DNA from: a bacterium
Lineage (GTDB): Bacteria > Bacteroidota > Ignavibacteria > UBA10030
Direction of reading: 5' to 3'
NCBI GenBank assembly: GCA_043803945.1
Contig: JAZDJN010000016.1
Location: 64,001 to 128,000 of the forward strand
DNA: 64,000 nt
Shown: in pieces, positions 10,339 to 20,336 of the stretch
Layout of the letters: each line of letters begins with the position of its first letter
Numbering within the stretch: the first letter of the stretch is position 1
Translations under genes and position numbers: made by a program
Notes under the pieces: generated by a model
The model's input: the letters and a program-made list of their open reading frames with translations, nothing else
Told to the model about the DNA's origin: nothing
Database searches by the model: none

Positions 10339-10393
10339 TTATCCCTTCCAACTTGCCATAATCTCGCCGAAACACTCCAGGCCGCTTGGGATA
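10339..10393 (-). repeat. Displaced duplicate of the 3' end of the FAD oxidoreductase gene
   Basis: 10357-10393 is identical over 37 bp to 11728-11764; it encodes IPSGLECFGEIMASWKG* versus IPSGLECFGEIMNQWK*. Confidence 0.9.
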
Positions 10394-10422
10394 GCACATT
10401 AATAAACTTGCTTGGCAGTAAC

Positions 10423-10635
10423 CTATTGTATCACCACATACTCAGCAATGGATGTCGATTCAGGAACCGGCAGATTGTCTTGCTTCATTCCCTGTATATG
10501 CAACTCGATTGCTTGATGCATATTTCGTTCCGTCTCTTCTTTCGTCGCTCCTGTCGCTACGCAACCCGGTAGATCGGGTGAATAGGCGGAGAAGTTGTTG
10601 TTCACTTTTTCTACGACAATAAGAAATCGATACAT
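10423..10635 (-). CDS. hicB: HicB-family antitoxin (no hicA seen)
   Basis: FSAYSPDLPGCVATGATKEE...AIELHI.GM..D.LPVPE. Confidence 0.88.
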   Translation of the reverse strand: MYRFLIVVEKVNNNFSAYSPDLPGCVATGATKEETERNMHQAIELHIQGMKQDNLPVPESTSIAEYVVIQ

Positions 10636-10713
10636 CTAATTTTCCCTCGATTAAAAAGTTACCTTTAATATACAATCGTTTTTCACCTCGCACCCGATGT
10701 TTGTAAAATACTA

Positions 10714-11085
10714 TCAAAAACCACTTTGCTGATCATCGTGTTTCAAGTTATGTAGCACTTCTTCAAGCTGTTGAATCAATACCGGCAAGTCCACATGCAC
10801 AATCTGCCAAAGAATATCATAGTCTACATTTTCATAAGCATGGATAATGCGATTTCGTGTTCCTACAATATTCTTCCAAGGAATTATGGGAAACTGCACT
10901 TTTATTTCTTCCGTGACCTTTGAGGCAGCTTCACCGATAATTTCTATAAGTCGTACAAGTGCCAACGCCAATTGTTCGTCTGTATCAAGGTCAATGCGAC
11001 TCTTTGTTTGAGTAAATAGGACTGCTTTTCTTGCAGCATCAGCCATATGGCGAATACGAATCGTGTCTGATTTACGATTTGCCAT
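10714..11085 (-). CDS. HepT-like HEPN ribonuclease toxin (DUF86)
   Basis: IEIIGEAA, IPWK, RNRIIHAY (Rx4HxY); directly downstream of the MNT gene. Confidence 0.9.
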   Translation of the reverse strand: MANRKSDTIRIRHMADAARKAVLFTQTKSRIDLDTDEQLALALVRLIEIIGEAASKVTEEIKVQFPIIPWKNIVGTRNRIIHAYENVDYDILWQIVHVDLPVLIQQLEEVLHNLKHDDQQSGF

Positions 11086-11383
11086 AAACACTTGTCGCTT
11101 CTTTTACGATAGCATCTCGAAAATATTTGCTTAAACTGTTTTCAGTGTGCAGGTCAACAGTGCGGCCGAAGAGTGTCGTAAGTTCTTCCTGAATCTGAGC
11201 AAATGAGAAACCAGGAACGTGCCCCGATTCGAACTTGACGAGCAGATCGAGATCGCTGTCCGAACTACTATCTCCATGAAGTACAGATCCAAAGAGTGAT
11301 AATGTCTGGATATGGTATTCCCGGCATATATCTTCAAGTGTATTTGCACGGATGGCAGGGAAATATGTCAATAGTTGTTCCAT
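11072..11383 (-). CDS. MntA-like minimal nucleotidyltransferase antitoxin
   Basis: LFGSVLHGDSSSDSDLDLLV (GSx10DxD), LFGRTVDL; overlaps the HEPN gene. Confidence 0.9.
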   Translation of the reverse strand: MEQLLTYFPAIRANTLEDICREYHIQTLSLFGSVLHGDSSSDSDLDLLVKFESGHVPGFSFAQIQEELTTLFGRTVDLHTENSLSKYFRDAIVKEATSVYGKS

Positions 11384-11488
11384 TCACTTCTCTCTCAAGA
11401 CGTATATTGCTCACCTAAAACTACAGAAAAGGCCAAAGAGAAACAAACGCTATACTCAGAAGTAAAAACTCCGCCTTTTCTGAACTCA

Positions 11489-11561
11489 GAAGTCCGTCTT
11501 CTCCAAGATCAGAAGTCTGTCTTCTATCAGAGATTACTCTTTAGTAAGAATACAGAGTTAT
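11489..11561. repeat. ~72-bp repeat, copy 2 (direct repeat of 1208-1279)
   Basis: Manual alignment with 1208-1279. Confidence 0.8.
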
Positions 11562-11586
11562 AGGAACCTCATCGAGGAGAAAAGAT

Positions 11587-11683
11587 GCCACTGAGTCACT
11601 GAGAACACTGAGAGGAATTCTTATAAAATATTGACATTAGAATCAGCATTTATCAATCTCAGTGACCTCTGCGTCTCTGTGGC
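11587..11683. repeat. Imperfect palindromic MITE-like element (CCAC.GAG.CAC.GAG...CTC.GTG.CTC.GTGG family)
   Basis: gccactgagtcactgagaacactgag...ctcagtgacctctgcgtctctgtggc; relatives near 18654, 38350, 42522, 47735 and 61748. Confidence 0.7.
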
Positions 11684-11712
11684 AGAAGTTTAACCGATCC
11701 CATAGATTTTTT

Positions 11713-13338
11713 TTATTTCCATTGATTCATAATCTCGCCGAAACACTCCAGGCCGCTTGGGATAACAGCTCCATAACCGTGTCCAGGCCGCGACCAGGCA
11801 CCCGCAAGGAAAAGATTCTTGATCGGTGTCGAGTGGCCAACTCTTGAATTGCCTGAGTTACCCAGCGTTTGATCCCATCCATAAATCGCACCACGGTAGT
11901 TGCCGGTATAACGGAGATTCGTCAGAGGTGTCCCAATCTCTTTCACTTCAATGGCTGAGGAGAGTCCGGGCAGCAATCTCTTCTCAACACTCTCAATGAG
12001 TTTCCCTGCCATCTCCTCTTTTGCTTTTCGGTAGGCAGTCTTATTTCCATTGAAGTAGTCCCCTTCATACTTCTCCCAATAATCGTATCCCTGTAACACC
12101 ATGATGTTCAGGGTATTCTTTCCCTTCGGGGAGTATCCCTCATAAATATTATCATAGATCGTGACACCGCAGCCTCCATCCGTCACATCAGCTCTTAATG
12201 ATTGTTCATACCCCTTCTCGTGGTCATAGCCCGATGCAATGAAGATCTCCGAATCCTTAACGCCGGCCTCCTTCACGAGCTCTTTGTTCAATCCAAGAAA
12301 GATTTGAAAACTGGAGAGGCTCACCTTGTATTTCTCTAATTGCTTGAGATAGGCAGCTCGTCCATCGCATTCATCAATCATCGATTGAAATGTCATGAGG
12401 GAAGATGCGTTGGAGACAACCACTTTTGATTTATATTCGGTTCTATCCTTCGTAACTACTCCTACCGCAGCACCTTTTTCGACAAGAACTTTTTCGACCT
12501 TCGTCCCTAACAACATTTTACCGCCATGTGCTTCGATGAAACGAACGAAGGCATTGCTCAGATCCTGCGATCTCCCTCGTGGATACGCTCCTCCGTTGAC
12601 AAGATAATCATAGGTCGGCAGCGCATAATAGAAGCTTGAGAGTTTCGACGGCGGCAGGCCATAGTATCCCCATTGAGCAGAGACAATTGCTTTGAGTGTG
12701 TTATTCTTCAGATGCGCATCAACCATCTGTCCCCAGGTCTTCATATAATTTGCGAACAGGGTTGGAAACTCCTGAGGAAATTTACTCATATCGACTTTAC
12801 CGCGTGCGGCTGAGAGCTTCTGTATATCTGCTCCGAGCCCCTGCATCGTTGCGAAGAGAGCTTCAATCCCAATTTTCTCTTCAGGGAAGCTGTGGACGAG
12901 TTGAGCGATATATGCAGGAAGATTTTTCTGAGCAACAATGATGTCGTGTTCGGGAAAGATTGCCCGATAGAGTGATGGATGTTGAATGAATTCAGGTCCA
13001 TCGAGTTCGGGAAAACCGGGAATAAGTTTATGGGCTGGATCTCCGCTACCAATCGTTGTGGAATGGAGAGAGACATCGAAGAGAAATCCGCCAGGTCGGG
13101 AGAAGGCTGTGGCATATCCTCCCGGGATGGAATGTTGTTCGATAACCAGCGCTTTGAATCCCTGACGCGCAAATGCCGTTGCGCAACTTAAGCCGCCAAG
13201 ACCCGAGCCAATAACGATAACATCATAGGAATCGGAAGATGAGTGTGCATGATGAGCGATTGGGAATGAGTCCCAATCGAGGGAAAGCACAGGGATACTT
13301 GCAAGGAAAGATTTTAGAAAATCTCTACGGTCGATCAT
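11713..13338 (-). CDS. FAD-dependent oxidoreductase, phytoene desaturase/retinol saturase family, with Tat signal
   Basis: MIDRRDFLKS twin-arginine motif; VIVIGSGLGGL FAD motif; TPLTNLRYTG..RGAIYG; NLFLAGAWSRPGHG. Confidence 0.85.
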   Translation of the reverse strand: MIDRRDFLKSFLASIPVLSLDWDSFPIAHHAHSSSDSYDVIVIGSGLGGLSCATAFARQGFKALVIEQHSIPGGYATAFSRPGGFLFDVSLHSTTIGSGDPAHKLIPGFPELDGPEFIQHPSLYRAIFPEHDIIVAQKNLPAYIAQLVHSFPEEKIGIEALFATMQGLGADIQKLSAARGKVDMSKFPQEFPTLFANYMKTWGQMVDAHLKNNTLKAIVSAQWGYYGLPPSKLSSFYYALPTYDYLVNGGAYPRGRSQDLSNAFVRFIEAHGGKMLLGTKVEKVLVEKGAAVGVVTKDRTEYKSKVVVSNASSLMTFQSMIDECDGRAAYLKQLEKYKVSLSSFQIFLGLNKELVKEAGVKDSEIFIASGYDHEKGYEQSLRADVTDGGCGVTIYDNIYEGYSPKGKNTLNIMVLQGYDYWEKYEGDYFNGNKTAYRKAKEEMAGKLIESVEKRLLPGLSSAIEVKEIGTPLTNLRYTGNYRGAIYGWDQTLGNSGNSRVGHSTPIKNLFLAGAWSRPGHGYGAVIPSGLECFGEIMNQWK

Positions 13339-13741
13339 GGTATGCATGATGAGCCTCCGAAGAAAGATGAGACATTGTGAGATGCACTCAGCCGCGAATT
13401 GAGGACAGGAAGAATGCGGTCGATGATTCTTTTATTTCATTATAGAGAAACAATAAGCAAGAGCATGTTTTAAGTTTGCCTCACTCCGAGGTCACTGCTG
13501 AGTAGGACCCTCTTTTGAACAGTTCACGAATCTGATTTCGTGTACGGTCTGCAAGATGAAAAGATTCAGCATAAGCTGGTTCATGATTGCTGTTTGTATG
13601 AAGAGAATTTCCCCCGTTCGTAAAGGGGTAAGGAGGATTTGGTTTTATTCGAGTAGGAGATTATTATTAAAATCCCCCTCCAGCCTCGCTCCCGCTTCGT
13701 CGGAGCGGGCCGGGGGGCTGACTAAAAAGAGAACTCACGGA

Positions 13742-13905
13742 CTGTCATTCCGGCAATCTTCTAGCCGGAATCCAGAAAAATGTTAAATCAATGCACTGGA
13801 CGCCGGATTGAAGTCCCGCTGTACGGTTCCGCTTCTCAGGAATCCCGCATCTGCGGAATCCCAAAGAACGGGAGGTGCCGAAAATCGGCACATTCCGGTG
13901 TGACA
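13742..13905. repeat. REPIN-like palindromic element with internal hairpins
   Basis: ctgtcattccggc...gccggaatccag...ctggacgccgg...ccggtgtgaca. Confidence 0.7.
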
Positions 13906-14013
13906 CATCGTTTCTTCTTGGACGGTCCCGAGAAGGTAAAGAAACAATAAATTTGTTACTCAGCATGTTAAGTAATTACAAGAAAACACATGATGAAAAA
14001 TAGTACATTTTGC

Positions 14014-16905
14014 TTACCGGATCAGCGCCCCCGCGATCACATCGTGCACTTCGGGCCGAACCCGTGAAATTTTGGAATTCTCTCTTGTGGGATAAACCCG
14101 ATTCGTGAGAAAAACAATAATCAAATTCTTTTCAGGATCTACTGCCACAGAAGTACCGGTAAATCCTGTATGAAGAAATGTCGAATCGGAGAGAAGATTT
14201 CCAGCCCAGGAGCGTTCGTGATTTTTCGTATCCCAGCCTATTCCGCGTGTACTTTGGAGAGACTGGCGCTTTGTGAACGAATCGATGATTGTCCTCTCGA
14301 GGTACCGCTCGCCTCCATAGATTCCGCCATTGAGTATCATTTGAAGAAATGTCGTCAGATCAGAGGCTGTTGAGAACAGCCCAGCATGACCGGACACACC
14401 ACCCAGGACGGAACAATTTTCATCATGAACGGTCCCCTGCACTGCCTTTCCCGTTTTTCGCCAGAATGTATCGACTTCGGTCGGCGCGATTCTATTCCAG
14501 AGACGTTGGGGCGGATTATACATCGTGTTCATCATTCCAAGCGGTTTGAAGAACACCGAATCAACATACCGATCAAGCGGTACATTTGTAACACGCTCAA
14601 TAATCTTTCCCATCGTAATCAATCCGAGGTCGCTGTAAATGGATGAATCTCCGGTCCGATAAATCAGCGGTGTGGCATAGATGGAGTCGAGCACGCACGC
14701 CGGCGTATCACAGAAATCGTAGAATCGCCTCCAAGCCGGCAAGCCACTGTTGTGCACCATCAGATTGTAGAGTGTGATGTGCTGCTTGCCTTGCTGGCCA
14801 AATTGAGGAATATACTTGACCACAGGATCACCAAGCCGGATCTTCCCTTCACCAACGAGTTTCATCACCGCACTTGTGGTCGTAATAACTTTTGTGACCG
14901 AAGCGAGATCGTAGATCGTTGATTGCTGAATCTTCTTCGCACCGGTTTCATAAGTCTGTTTACCGTACGCTTTATGATAGACAAGCATGCCGTTTCGTGC
15001 AACAGCAAGAACCGCGCCGGGAAATGCAGAATCCCGAATCGCACGCTGAATCACCTGATCAACATTTCTGAGCGCCTGACTGCTGAAGCCGGCTTCTTCC
15101 GGAAATCCGGTGCGCAACACCGAGCGCTGCAGTTCGACTCCATCACCGTATTTGAACATCCCAGGGATCGTTATTGGAAGCTTCCCATGAGACTCCGATT
15201 CTCCGAATACAATTTCTGCCGTTGCCTGCTCGATGGCATCATCATCGGAGTAGGCGCAAACATAAGCGTTCATCGTCGGAAGATCCATGGCGATGTAAGG
15301 ATTTCCAAACGAAATCCCGATCATGGATTTCTTCAGTTGAGCAATCTTTGCGACAAGTTCGCGCTGGTCCTTTCTCACAAAACCGGTCATCTCTCCCGAT
15401 CGGATGTGAAGATGAAATTGGAGAATGATAAGTTCCGCTCTCGCTGCACTGGCAAGTGCGTTTTCGAAATGAAGTTTATTACTTGACGAGTTTATCTGCA
15501 TGAACTCGGTGTTCTTTGTGCGATCGTTCAAAAGTGTATGAAAGCTTTTTCCATCAGTCAGGTCTTCAGATTCTGTAATAACGAGATCGAGAATTTTCTT
15601 TGAACTGGATTTTTGCAGCGGGAGAATACTGGTTTGATTGCCAAGGACCGTCACAGCATCGCGAGCGATCTTCAGAGCAAGCCGCCTGTGTTCTTCAATA
15701 TTGACATGCGCAGCGATCGATGCAGGGTCAATATATCTTTGCTGATGGAGCTTGAAACGTTCTTTGATTCTCAGGAGCTTCCGTACGGAATAATTCAGCC
15801 GCTCCTCCGAGAGTTCTCCTTTCCTCACCGCATCGACGATGGCATCGATCGCAACATCAGCATCGACAGGCATAAGTATCAGATCGACCCCTGCCTTGAG
15901 AGCCAGAACCGCAGACTCGCCTGCACCATACTTCATGGCAACGCCTTTCATCTCCATTGCATCGGTTACTATCAAACCAGAGAAGCATAATTCCTTTTGC
16001 AAGAGATCTGTAGTAATTCTCGGAGACAATGTGGCAGGGATTCCAGGGGCCGAGTCGAGCTTCGGCACAGCGATATGGCCGACCATTACAGACGCAAGCC
16101 CCGCTTCGAACGCCGCACGATAGGGTGCCAGTTCCACACTCATCAATCTGGCTTTATCACTATTCAAGGTTACGAGATTAAGATGAGTATCGACATCGGT
16201 ATCTCCATGACCCGGAAAGTGTTTCGCCGTGGCTAGCATGCCGCCCTCCTGTGTTCCTCTGACATACGCTGCTGCCATGGTTGACACAAGCTGAACATCA
16301 TCACCATACGAGCGGGTATTGATCACAGGATTTCGCGGATTAAGATTGATGTCAACCGTGGGCGCATAGTTTTGGTGGATGCCAAGGGCTCGGCCTTCGC
16401 GCGCGGTTGCTTTCGCCATGGCATAGGCATAGTCCGTATTTCGAGTTGCCCCGATCGCCATGGCGGACGGAAAGCTGGTTGCTCTGCGAACGCGCATTCC
16501 TGCTCCGTACTCATAGTCGGCACCGATAAGGAGCGGGACATCGGTAACAGCCTGAAGTTTATTAATCTGGATTGCTGTCTCATAGACATCGCCGACAGAA
16601 AAAATAAATCCGCCAATCTTTCTTTGTGATGCGAGGCGAATCATCTCCTGCCAGTGTTGGTCGTCATCGGCGTAGTACGGTGCTGTCGTCCAGACATGGA
16701 CAAGTTGTGCAGCCTTCTCCTCGAGTGTGAGATGTTGAAGCGTTGTTTCAACCCAGTCGAAAGCCGGCGTGATGATTTTCTCTGCTTCTTTCGGTGGAGG
16801 GGGTACGGGAAGTTGTTGTTCCCGTATTTGCGGCGGGCTGCAACTATTAATAAAAATGAGGCATATGCCCCCAAGCGCAACTTGAATATTCTTCAATCGC
16901 TTCAT
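14014..16905 (-). CDS. GH3 beta-N-acetylglucosaminidase fused to a beta-lactamase-like serine hydrolase (lipoprotein)
   Basis: Lipobox FINSC; KHFPGHGDTDVDTH and VTDAMEM (NagZ-type GH3); LASVTK (SxxK), YSD and HTGFTG in the C-terminal domain. Start moved out of the upstream repeat. Confidence 0.9.
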   Translation of the reverse strand: MKRLKNIQVALGGICLIFINSCSPPQIREQQLPVPPPPKEAEKIITPAFDWVETTLQHLTLEEKAAQLVHVWTTAPYYADDDQHWQEMIRLASQRKIGGFIFSVGDVYETAIQINKLQAVTDVPLLIGADYEYGAGMRVRRATSFPSAMAIGATRNTDYAYAMAKATAREGRALGIHQNYAPTVDINLNPRNPVINTRSYGDDVQLVSTMAAAYVRGTQEGGMLATAKHFPGHGDTDVDTHLNLVTLNSDKARLMSVELAPYRAAFEAGLASVMVGHIAVPKLDSAPGIPATLSPRITTDLLQKELCFSGLIVTDAMEMKGVAMKYGAGESAVLALKAGVDLILMPVDADVAIDAIVDAVRKGELSEERLNYSVRKLLRIKERFKLHQQRYIDPASIAAHVNIEEHRRLALKIARDAVTVLGNQTSILPLQKSSSKKILDLVITESEDLTDGKSFHTLLNDRTKNTEFMQINSSSNKLHFENALASAARAELIILQFHLHIRSGEMTGFVRKDQRELVAKIAQLKKSMIGISFGNPYIAMDLPTMNAYVCAYSDDDAIEQATAEIVFGESESHGKLPITIPGMFKYGDGVELQRSVLRTGFPEEAGFSSQALRNVDQVIQRAIRDSAFPGAVLAVARNGMLVYHKAYGKQTYETGAKKIQQSTIYDLASVTKVITTTSAVMKLVGEGKIRLGDPVVKYIPQFGQQGKQHITLYNLMVHNSGLPAWRRFYDFCDTPACVLDSIYATPLIYRTGDSSIYSDLGLITMGKIIERVTNVPLDRYVDSVFFKPLGMMNTMYNPPQRLWNRIAPTEVDTFWRKTGKAVQGTVHDENCSVLGGVSGHAGLFSTASDLTTFLQMILNGGIYGGERYLERTIIDSFTKRQSLQSTRGIGWDTKNHERSWAGNLLSDSTFLHTGFTGTSVAVDPEKNLIIVFLTNRVYPTRENSKISRVRPEVHDVIAGALIR

Positions 16906-16977
16906 CCGGAAATCCCACAGAGACATGTTCAGTGAATGACCCCACCAAAGACGGTGGCTTCTGAAAAATAAAGAGAA

Positions 16978-17096
16978 TGTCATCCCGTGCTTGACACAGG
17001 ATCCAGATCACAGTCAAAGAACTGGATTCTGGTTCTTCCCCGCCTGCGAATAAGATTCTCTCGAGGTGGGCAGGGCTTCGCTCGACCGGAATGACT
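16978..17096. repeat. REPIN-like palindromic element
   Basis: tgtcatcccgtg...caggatccag...ctggattctgg...ccggaatgac. Confidence 0.7.
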
Positions 17097-17327
17097 GGTA
17101 TCGCCTTAGGTACATTAACACCGTCAAAGACGGTAGATTTCTACGTCTGACTACTTCATGTTACACAAAAACAAAAAATGAGACTCTTTGAAAGATAATC
17201 CGGTTGCGAAGTGCGCCTCAGCCCGCCATGCGGCCCGCCTGTGCGCCGCTTGCGGCGGGCAGGGCGGTAAATCTTTCTCATTTTCTGGTCTTACTCAGTT
17301 CCATGCGTAACATAAGTGACTAATATT

Positions 17328-18620
17328 TTACTGTTTTGGTTCTTCACCTTTTTTTGCAAATGATGGATCGATCTTCACCAGGGCAGCAACAATGAAACCT
17401 GGTATTGTGGACAACATCACCCAGAAGAAGAAATATTTATATCCCACCATTTCCTGCAGCCAACCGCTGAACATGCCGGGGAGCATCATCCCTAGCGCCA
17501 TGAATCCGGTACAAATAGCATAGTGAGCGGTCTTATGTTCACCTTCAGCAACCATAATCATGTACATCATATAGGCGGTGAATCCAAAACCATAGCCAAA
17601 CTGCTCGATGCCGACTGCTGCACAGATGGTTAGGAAATGAACCGGTTGAACTTGGGAGAGAAAAACAAACATCAAGTCCGGAGTATGCATAATGATAACC
17701 ATCGGCCAGAGCCACCATCGCAAACCTTTTCTGGAGATTGCAATGCCGCCCAGAATGCCGCCGGCTAATAAGCAAATGACACCGACAGTACCATACGCAA
17801 TACCTACTTCACTCGTGGAAAGTCCCAGGCCTCCCTTATCTCGTGCATCGAGGAGGAATGGCGCAACAAGTTTCACAAGCTGCGCTTCAGCAAACCGATA
17901 GAAGAGAAGGAAAAGTAGAATTATCCCAATATCCTTCTTCTTAAAATACAGGACGAACGTTTTGAAGAATTCGCTCATTACACCTTGGGATCCTTTCTGA
18001 TAGGTTCCCTTATCGCTCACCGGATGGGGCAGCATGAACCGGTGGTAGATAAAGAGTGCGATGAAAATCCCTGCAGAGATGTAGAAGGTGATCGACCATG
18101 CCGTTTTGATATCATACTGCTGTTCAAACTGGCCGGCAATGACCACCAGAACCCCCTGGCAAAAAATAGTTGCCACCCGATAGAATGTGCTTCGTACGCC
18201 GACATAAGCAGCTTGTTGATCAGGTTTGAGTGCAAGCATGTAGAAACCATCAGCGGCGATATCGTGGGTTGCGGAGCTGAAGGCCATCAGCCAGAAGATT
18301 GCGATGGTATATTGAAAAAAGCTTGATGCAGGAATCGTCAAAGCAACACAAGCCAATGCGGCACCAATCAGGAATTGCATAATGATGACCCAGAACCGCT
18401 TCGTCTTGAACATATCAATGAAGGGGCTCCAGAGAGGCTTCAACACCCAGGGTAAATAGAGCCAGCTCGTATACAGCGCGATATCCGCATTGGAGATACC
18501 GAGACGTTTATACATCACTACCGAGACAGTCATCGCCATCACATACGGAATACCTTGAGCAAAATAAAGTGATGGGATCCATGCCCAGGGATTTCGGGAA
18601 GCAGGTTGTGTTGATTCCAT
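17328..18620 (-). CDS. ampG: AmpG-family muropeptide MFS transporter
   Basis: PWAWIPSLYFAQGIP, LPWVLKPLWSPFID, SATHDIAADG; about 12 hydrophobic segments. Confidence 0.85.
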   Translation of the reverse strand: MESTQPASRNPWAWIPSLYFAQGIPYVMAMTVSVVMYKRLGISNADIALYTSWLYLPWVLKPLWSPFIDMFKTKRFWVIIMQFLIGAALACVALTIPASSFFQYTIAIFWLMAFSSATHDIAADGFYMLALKPDQQAAYVGVRSTFYRVATIFCQGVLVVIAGQFEQQYDIKTAWSITFYISAGIFIALFIYHRFMLPHPVSDKGTYQKGSQGVMSEFFKTFVLYFKKKDIGIILLFLLFYRFAEAQLVKLVAPFLLDARDKGGLGLSTSEVGIAYGTVGVICLLAGGILGGIAISRKGLRWWLWPMVIIMHTPDLMFVFLSQVQPVHFLTICAAVGIEQFGYGFGFTAYMMYMIMVAEGEHKTAHYAICTGFMALGMMLPGMFSGWLQEMVGYKYFFFWVMLSTIPGFIVAALVKIDPSFAKKGEEPKQ

Positions 18621-18770
18621 AGAGAGATACCAGAGTTAACTTTTTACAGCATCGAACACAGATTACACTGATCAAGCACAAGATTCACACAACAAGATAA
18701 TCTGTGAGAGTCTCGTTCCATCAGTGTCGTCAGTGTTCCGTTTATTGAGATACTCCTCCCCCCTGCGATG

Positions 18771-20294
18771 CTAGTACGATTGTCTTTGGTAAATCACGAC
18801 CTTCGCAGGCACATCAGCAGTTCGGTATTGATGCCAGGAGGGATCCTCCCGGTTTTCAAACGGAATATCGGGATAGGCTAGTTCTACCGGCTCATATTCC
18901 TGTTCGTTTAAAAAAGTAAGGAAATATTCTCTCACATCCTTCACCCTCGATGTAATATCATGCTTTCTGAGGATGATCCATCGCGCTGCTCTGCTTTCAG
19001 GCAGACTCTCACCGGTCAGTCCCCCTACGACTCTCATTCCTGTATAAAATTTTATTGGCATATCCTCATAGGTCACCGCAACAGTATCCTTGCTCGATCC
19101 ATGCGAATTCAGGTAAGTCACTATTCCCTCGATCGGACCGTCGTAGTCATGCGTAATCTCATACAGGTACTCCTGGATTGGATAGATTGAAAATGAAATA
19201 AGAGCAGCTATGACTCCGAGGACTATGTTCACTCTGATTGCATAATCAATACCAAGTGCGACGAAAAGAAGTATTACTGGAATCAACGGCCCAAGGTACC
19301 TGAAGAAAACAGCAACATTAAAGAATGAGAGAAGCAGTATTCCAAGGAGAATATAGAGAAGGAGGAGAATCACGCCATTTCTATAGACGCTTTGTGCTTC
19401 TGGTACCCGCTTTTTCCTTATGACCTGCACCATAAAAAGAATCAGCAGGAACAGGAGAAATGCATATGGTACGATATGCTTCAAGAGCAGGAGAACATAC
19501 TGAGGTAAGGAATCAGTCATCCCGATAAGTGTCATCATTTCGGGATAGACTGCGCGATAACTGATATCGCTCGTGTACAAAAGCCAGGGAACAACGAACA
19601 GGGTTGAGAGAATCAGGACGAGGAATGACCGGCGGAATGTTTTCCGATCGATGAAGAGTGAGTACAATGCCATTGTCGATGCAAGAATCAGATAGTTAAC
19701 ACTCTGAATATGAAAGTCGACTCCAAGGCAGAGCACCAACGCACTCATGGTTTCCCACTTCCCTCGTTTTACCACTGAGAGAAAGAGAGTCAATGTGAGG
19801 ACGGCAAAAAAGATCGATGGACTGTAATACCTGCATTGCTTTGAGAGCAGAATGAACGGCACACAGAGCATTAGTAAGAATGCGGTGAGAAAAGCAGTTC
19901 GAGTATTCACAATCTGCTTAGCGAGCAGATAGGTCATCAGGATCGTTCCGATACCGAACAATGCAAAGGGCAATCTCGCAGTCAAAGTACTGACACCGAA
20001 GAGTTTAAAGAATCCGGCTAAAATATAGAACGTGAGCCAGGGATGCCATTTGTAAATACGGTCACTGCCAAACTCTGCCCCCTCTTCCTGCGACAAAGAA
20101 TTACGCCCATCATGGCCGAGGGGAATTCCATGATCAAGCACAGTCTGAGCAATTAACGCAGTCTGAGCCTCATCTTGCCAGAGATAGTGGTTGCCGAGAT
20201 TGAGAAGGAAGAGAAAGGAGGAGATGATGAGTAGAAGTGCGATCGCTGCGATTTCAAGCCACTTCGTATTTACCCACTTCTGTGCGATCATCAT
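18771..20294 (-). CDS. ArnT/PMT-like GT-C membrane glycosyltransferase
   Basis: LWQDEAQTA acidic motif after TM1, HPWL, ARLPFALFG, RYY; multi-pass membrane protein. Confidence 0.8.
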   Translation of the reverse strand: MMIAQKWVNTKWLEIAAIALLLIISSFLFLLNLGNHYLWQDEAQTALIAQTVLDHGIPLGHDGRNSLSQEEGAEFGSDRIYKWHPWLTFYILAGFFKLFGVSTLTARLPFALFGIGTILMTYLLAKQIVNTRTAFLTAFLLMLCVPFILLSKQCRYYSPSIFFAVLTLTLFLSVVKRGKWETMSALVLCLGVDFHIQSVNYLILASTMALYSLFIDRKTFRRSFLVLILSTLFVVPWLLYTSDISYRAVYPEMMTLIGMTDSLPQYVLLLLKHIVPYAFLLFLLILFMVQVIRKKRVPEAQSVYRNGVILLLLYILLGILLLSFFNVAVFFRYLGPLIPVILLFVALGIDYAIRVNIVLGVIAALISFSIYPIQEYLYEITHDYDGPIEGIVTYLNSHGSSKDTVAVTYEDMPIKFYTGMRVVGGLTGESLPESRAARWIILRKHDITSRVKDVREYFLTFLNEQEYEPVELAYPDIPFENREDPSWHQYRTADVPAKVVIYQRQSY

Positions 20295-20336
20295 AGAAAG
20301 AGTATGTGTTCATTTTCCGGATTCTGTGGAATCGGA

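Noticed and set aside
1200-11600. Prophage, ICE or integron origin of the defence island
   Set aside because: No integrase, phage, conjugation or attC features were recognised.
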